Below are positions 59,449 through 64,000 of a stretch of DNA of 64,000 nt, piece by piece. The position numbers and the translations under genes are program-made. The first letter of the stretch is position 1; the number at the start of each line of letters is the position of its first letter. The stretch comes from an uncultured Lentisphaerales bacterium. GTDB taxonomy: Bacteria > Verrucomicrobiota > Lentisphaeria > JABSQK01 > UBA12247. The stretch is taken from contig CALSSJ010000030.1 in NCBI GenBank assembly GCA_943788985.1, positions 1 to 64,000 of the forward strand, read 5' to 3'. The notes beneath the pieces are model-generated. The model was not told where the DNA came from. It did no database searches and saw only the letters and a list, made by a program, of their open reading frames with translations.

Positions 59449-61959
59449 TCAACGTTGGCGTCGCGGGTCGGTATCCACGGGCGCCGAGCGCTCGCTCTCG
59501 CCCCGCGAGTTCCAGGCGGTGACCGCGTACTGAAACACGCGCACGTCGCTCATATCGATGGCAGCTGCAGCTTCGAGCCCAGGCTCGGCATAGCTGGCGA
59601 CAATTCCCTTCGCTCGATCCGTAAACTCCGGTGCTTGACAGCGCGCGAGCGCGGTCCACTGCGCCCGCGGATGCTCCCGGCGATACACCACATAGCCAGC
59701 AGCTCCCGCGACCGGTCCCCAAGCCAAGCTGGCCTGACCTTCCTCAAGCGTAAGCTCAAGCCCACCAGGTGCCACGGTTCGGACACGTGCTGCGAGGCCC
59801 TGGCCCTGCGGTGCAACCGGCTTCCCGAATGACCACGAGCTGTCCCCGGTAAGCGTAAAGCCGACGCGTTTTTGCTTGGGATCGTGCTCCGCTGGCTCGC
59901 CATTGATGTGTAACGGCTCGAACAGCTTGGGCAGTTGCGCCCGCACCAGCAGCCGGGTACGCGCCTGGGCCACGCCATGACTACTGCGGGCCGTGAATTC
60001 GAGTTCTAGCTCCTGCGCATCGCGCGGGGCCTGGCCCCGCAGCTCACGCGTCAGCGGCTCGTACGTCAGCCAGTCCGGCAGGCCGGCTACGGTGACCTTG
60101 GGTGCCGGGATCCCGCTCACCGGCACGGTCAGCTGAAATGGAGTGTCCCAGACTACGGTGAGCATCGCTGGCAGGTGAACGGCCGGGCCGCCGGTCTCCA
60201 CGCTCGGAAGCAGTTCGGCCACGGCAACGCTGATGGTCATACCGGCCAAAGCGGCTGCTTGCCCGTGTGCCCGCAGGACTTTCCCCTGTCGGCGCGGCAC
60301 GTTCAGGCGCAACACGCCCTCGCCTGCCGTCTCAAGCGTGAATTGCGAAGTTCGCAACATCCCGGGACTGGTCAGAAGGATCTCAAACTCATCCGGGGTG
60401 CGATGCACCAGGATGCCCGCGGCGCGCCCACGCAGGCCCCAACTCGGCTGGGTCCCGCTGCCAAAGCAGGCCCAGTCATTCTCGAGCGTGATCGCGCGCT
60501 CGCTGAGCGTAGAGGTGGTGCCTACAGCCCCGTCATCGTGAGCCTGGAGGGTGATAGCCGAGGCGCTTCCCAACGTCGCGTGCACTGCGAAACGATTGGC
60601 CAAGATCGCCAGTGTGGACTCGCGTCCGCCTTGCCGAATCCAGCTTAGCTGATTACCGGTTCCGGCCAGAAAGCGAGCGTCGAATGCCACCGCGCCAGGC
60701 ACCAGCGGCCAGCTGGCGCCGTGCACTCGGCCTCCGGCAATGACGGCAAGCGGTGGCTCGGCCGCCGCTTGCCAGATGGCCGCAGCCTGGCCCGCGGTGT
60801 GCAGGATCACGGCGTGGTCCGCGAGGATTGCGGACTCCGCAATCCGCGGCAGCTGCAAAGCCCGTTCCAGGCAGCTGGCCGGAGCGCCGGTCAGCATGTT
60901 GTAGACCCCGGCGAAGGACCGCCCGTACCCGGGCGAGAGTTGCGGAGTTCGCAACGCCGCGGCTTGTTTGACGAGCTGACGCCATTGCGGAGATCGCAAC
61001 GGATCCCCCGGCAACCGGGCCGCAATCCGGACAATCGCCTCGAGTCGCTCGCAGCGCAGGGATTCCAGAACGGCCCAGCGCTTCACCGCCAAATAGGCTT
61101 GGTCAAGATCTTCGCGGGCCACCGTGCTCTCGCGCAGATGCGCCTGCCAGGCCTCCAGTTCTGCCTCGCTGGGAGCGCGCGGGACGCTAGGCGGAGCTGG
61201 ACACGCGCCGCGCTCAAACTCTGGCAGTGCGAATGCGCCCAGCTCACCGATGGCCAGCAGGCCACGGACGCGGCCTGTGCTGAATTCGGGTGCCTCAGGC
61301 ACCCGCGTGAGCGTGGCGGCAGTGGCGATATCGAGCGATCCCGCCGCGCCAGCAGCGGTGTGCTCAAGCTGGAGATACGGGCAGGCATGGTAGCTGCGCA
61401 GGATCAGCTCATGAACCCCGCCATTGGCAAACACGGTGGTCAGTGCGAACTCCGCAAACACGGAACCAGAGACCCGCGTCTCGAAGTCGCGGCGCATTGC
61501 GGTTTGCGAACTCCGCACCGCCAGCCGGGCCGTGAGCGGTCCGCGCTGAATGAGAAGGCTCGGGCTGTCTAAGTCCCAGCTCACGGTGTAGGTCGGCGCG
61601 GACGTCGGATACTTGGGCGACGAATTCGGGAATTGGGCGGTCAGAGCTCGGTGTGCGCAGAGCAGATGGACGCGCGCGAACCAAGAGCCATCGCCATTGC
61701 GTCGAGTGCCCGTGAGCTGAAGCGGAACGGGACTGCCAGCGGGGTCCAGCAGCACTAGGCGCTCGGGCGGTAGATCCCGGGGAAATTGCATGTGCAACGC
61801 GGCGGGGCCAGGCAAATACGGGACCAGCGCCTCGCTGACCTGAGCGGTAGCCCCCGGCTTTGGGTGAAGCAGGTAAGGGTTATCCCGCTGGCTGTGCGCG
61901 ACGGCGACACAGGCAAGCAGCGCGAAACAGAGTGTGCGTTTAGCTACGGTCGCGCCCAT
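59449..61959 (-). CDS. Exported hypothetical protein with C-terminal Ig-like and FN3-like domains
   Basis: Signal-like RTLCFALLACVAVAHS; VAGLPDWLTYEP--RELRG (putative Ig); LAWGPVAGAAGYVVYR...YAVTAWNSRGES (FN3). Confidence 0.6.
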   Translation of the reverse strand: MGATVAKRTLCFALLACVAVAHSQRDNPYLLHPKPGATAQVSEALVPYLPGPAALHMQFPRDLPPERLVLLDPAGSPVPLQLTGTRRNGDGSWFARVHLLCAHRALTAQFPNSSPKYPTSAPTYTVSWDLDSPSLLIQRGPLTARLAVRSSQTAMRRDFETRVSGSVFAEFALTTVFANGGVHELILRSYHACPYLQLEHTAAGAAGSLDIATAATLTRVPEAPEFSTGRVRGLLAIGELGAFALPEFERGACPAPPSVPRAPSEAELEAWQAHLRESTVAREDLDQAYLAVKRWAVLESLRCERLEAIVRIAARLPGDPLRSPQWRQLVKQAAALRTPQLSPGYGRSFAGVYNMLTGAPASCLERALQLPRIAESAILADHAVILHTAGQAAAIWQAAAEPPLAVIAGGRVHGASWPLVPGAVAFDARFLAGTGNQLSWIRQGGRESTLAILANRFAVHATLGSASAITLQAHDDGAVGTTSTLSERAITLENDWACFGSGTQPSWGLRGRAAGILVHRTPDEFEILLTSPGMLRTSQFTLETAGEGVLRLNVPRRQGKVLRAHGQAAALAGMTISVAVAELLPSVETGGPAVHLPAMLTVVWDTPFQLTVPVSGIPAPKVTVAGLPDWLTYEPLTRELRGQAPRDAQELELEFTARSSHGVAQARTRLLVRAQLPKLFEPLHINGEPAEHDPKQKRVGFTLTGDSSWSFGKPVAPQGQGLAARVRTVAPGGLELTLEEGQASLAWGPVAGAAGYVVYRREHPRAQWTALARCQAPEFTDRAKGIVASYAEPGLEAAAAIDMSDVRVFQYAVTAWNSRGESERSAPVDTDPRRQR

Positions 61960-62884
61960 ACCAGGCTGCCGCGGCGCGGAGGCCATCGACAAGTTCCATG
62001 CTAGGCTCGAAACCAAGCAGCTTGCGCGCCTGGCTGATGTCCGCCACGTAGTGGGTTACCTCGCCTACGCGCGCTCGCTCGAACGAGACGTCTGCTTTGA
62101 CACCGAGGACTTCTTCGAAGGTCTCCGCGACCATACGTAGCGGCGAGCCGCTACCGTAAGCTAGGTTGAAGGTCTGATTGCGGACTTCGCCGCTCAACAG
62201 CTTCTGGCAGCCCGCGAAGACGCCCCGCACACAGTCGTCGACGTAGGTAAAATCGAGCACTTTTTCCGGCCCAAAGATGGTAATCGGGCGGCCGGCGGCA
62301 ATCTCGCGATAGAACAGCGGAATCACGCGTTCCATGCGCTCGATATCATCATCGAAACGCCCATAGACGTTGCTGAAGCGAAAGACCAGATAGGGCAGCT
62401 CGTAGCAACGGGCGTAGGAGTAGATGAACGCTTCGCTGGAGATCTTGCTCGCGGAATAGGGGCTCTCAGTGGTGCTGAAGCTGGCGTCTCCTTCGCTGGT
62501 GACGTAGCGCTTGATGTCGCCGTAGACTTCGCGGGTGGAGCTGAAGACCAGCGGGATGGAATTGATGCGACAGTATTCGATGACGTTGAAGGTCATGTTG
62601 AAGTTATCGCGCGCTTTGCTCGGGAATTCGACCAACTCGTGAACCTTGGCATTGGCAGCCAGATGCACGACGAGATCGATGGGCCCATAGTCGACATCGC
62701 CGAGGCCGCCGTTGAAATCAGGAAAGGGGGCGGAGAGGTCTTGCAGCAAGAGGGGAAACTCGTTGCTCCAAGTGTTCGGGCGCTTGTCGATGCCAAACAC
62801 TTCGTAGCCATGTTCGAGGCAGGTGAGCCCGAGATTGGTCCCGATCTGCCCGGCGGCTCCCGTGATGAGAATTCGCTTCGCCAT
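61940..62884 (-). CDS. NAD-dependent epimerase/dehydratase
   Basis: ILITGAAGQIG, VHLAA, FSSTREVYG, SPYSASK, RFSNVYG, DFTYVDD. Confidence 0.93.
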   Translation of the reverse strand: MAKRILITGAAGQIGTNLGLTCLEHGYEVFGIDKRPNTWSNEFPLLLQDLSAPFPDFNGGLGDVDYGPIDLVVHLAANAKVHELVEFPSKARDNFNMTFNVIEYCRINSIPLVFSSTREVYGDIKRYVTSEGDASFSTTESPYSASKISSEAFIYSYARCYELPYLVFRFSNVYGRFDDDIERMERVIPLFYREIAAGRPITIFGPEKVLDFTYVDDCVRGVFAGCQKLLSGEVRNQTFNLAYGSGSPLRMVAETFEEVLGVKADVSFERARVGEVTHYVADISQARKLLGFEPSMELVDGLRAAAAWYGRDRS

Positions 62885-63114
62885 CAGATCACCAGCTCGG
62901 CGCTGCCAATGGTCAGACTCACGGCAAAAGCGGCCAGCATGCCTAGGGCGTTGTACGGGGATTGCGAACTCCGCGCGTAGGCGAAGTACATGCAGAAGGG
63001 GGGAACCAGCAGGGTCAGCAGGCCCTCACCGCGGCTTTCGCGGAACGCCTCAAGGACGTAAAGCACATAGAAGCCACTGGCGACGAGCAGAAACAAAATC
63101 TGAAGGATATGCAT
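62884..63114 (-). CDS. Small membrane protein
   Basis: MHILQILFLLVASGFYVLYVL-AFRES--G--LLVPPF; stop overlaps the epimerase start. Confidence 0.55.
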   Translation of the reverse strand: MHILQILFLLVASGFYVLYVLEAFRESRGEGLLTLLVPPFCMYFAYARSSQSPYNALGMLAAFAVSLTIGSAELVI

Positions 63115-63178
63115 GAGAAGGTTCCGGTTCGCGTTGGGTCGGTACCATAGCTGACAAGCGGTCATAGATCTACGAGGA

Positions 63179-63757
63179 TTACGGCAGGCCGTAATCGGCA
63201 ACCGTCACAAGCGCCTCGGAGCGATATTGGCTTGCCGGCGTCACCGCGCGGCGTTGCCAAGGAATTCGGCCAAAGAACCACAGCTTCCAGAAGGTTTGTG
63301 GGCAGTCAGGATAACGGCTGAGTGTTTGCTCAAAGGTCTCCAATATGCCCACCTCGACACCGGTCGCCTCGAGCAACACGTCATAGACGAGCTTGGAGCA
63401 ATACTGACGCGGGCTGTCGTAGGCAAAGCCGAGGTGATACCAGCCCCCCATCCGGGCCGCGCAGGCGTCCTCGAGCTTCGCTTGCTGCTCGCCAGTGAGA
63501 GCCGTTTCCGGGCGGCGAATGGCGTACATGCCATTCTCTGAGCGGGCGATAAACGCGTCCAGAGCCGAGTATGCGCAGCGTGGCACGCGGCTTTCTGCCA
63601 CGCGCAGGCCCCCGGCCGGATCGCTGACCAAAACCCCGACATGCGAGGTCCACGATTGCGTCGCCTTGGCCACGTGCCGGTAGAGCAGGTTATCAATTCT
63701 GGTGAAGACCACATCACCCGGTCGCAGCGAACTCCGCAAAGTATCCGTGATCATCAT
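63179..63757 (-). CDS. YiiX/YebB-like permuted papain-like (NlpC/P60) enzyme
   Basis: GDVVF, SWTSHVG, YHLGF...QYCSKLV, FWKLWFFGRIPW-R--VTP. Confidence 0.88.
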   Translation of the reverse strand: MMITDTLRSSLRPGDVVFTRIDNLLYRHVAKATQSWTSHVGVLVSDPAGGLRVAESRVPRCAYSALDAFIARSENGMYAIRRPETALTGEQQAKLEDACAARMGGWYHLGFAYDSPRQYCSKLVYDVLLEATGVEVGILETFEQTLSRYPDCPQTFWKLWFFGRIPWQRRAVTPASQYRSEALVTVADYGLP

Positions 63758-64000
63758 TCAATCTCCGAGGTAAGGAACGTTCAGCGCGGTCACCGTAGGT
63801 TCGAGCGATGTTTTGGCGAGGGGCCCTCTGCGGGGGAAGACGACTAGGCAGGGGTAAGGGCGGACCACTCTGCGAGAAGCTGTGGAATCTGCGGAGAGAA
63901 TCACTCCCGACCAAGTGTCGTTGCGCTCTCCGGCTGATCGAATGTAAATTGGTAGAGGACGAGGTCAAGGGACCGATCAGCCTTGCGGGCAACGCCGGGT

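Larger units (their letters stand above)
3659..63738. repeat. Dispersed 13-bp palindrome TGCG-RANTY-CGCA (at least 14 exact and 14 single-mismatch copies)
   Basis: Exact starts: 3659, 5203, 29901, 29943, 35011, 35775, 45913, 49746, 57575, 60344, 60829, 60941, 61444, 61505. Confidence 0.85.

Noticed and set aside
8609..61572. Long antisense or alternate-frame ORFs (e.g. 8609-9529, 41782-42825, 60721-61572) and the long N-terminal extensions given for mscS, ribBA and the TMTC-like gene
   Set aside because: Shadow ORFs of GC-rich genes; the extensions overlap neighbouring genes or the riboswitch, and better starts exist downstream.

Overview
Bacterial chromosomal window of roughly 60% GC. It probably comes from a PVC-superphylum organism (Lentisphaerae-like), inferred from the prepilin/H-X9-DG proteins, sulfatase, GH20 and large 'PGWNLISxP' surface proteins. 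The first ~9.3 kb has many small indels, even in sufB, which look like consensus errors. Contents in order: sufB-sufC, tRNA-Lys, an ECF sigma/anti-sigma module, a group II intron RT remnant, a Tat FAD oxidoreductase with a DUF2271-type flavinylation-motif protein, a parvulin PPIase, a sulfotransferase-GT4-deacetylase trio, a Fur/Zur-znuACB operon, MscS, a sulfatase, a three-gene cohesin-dockerin surface cluster, DUF4301, AICARFT-only purH, rlmH, an IS1634 remnant, FMN riboswitch-ribBA-ribH-nusB, a TMTC-like TPR protein, an AraC/PhyH pair, a decayed toxin-antitoxin islet with an AT-rich rsuA, GH20 and an epimerase. The most striking unexplained signal is a 13-bp odd palindrome, TGCG-RANTY-CGCA (often TTGCG...CGCAA). 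Reading by eye I found 14 exact and 14 single-mismatch copies, mostly inside genes and in different reading frames, clustered and densest at 57.5-63.7 kb. It is a candidate novel chromosome-organisation (parS/matS/NBS-like) site.
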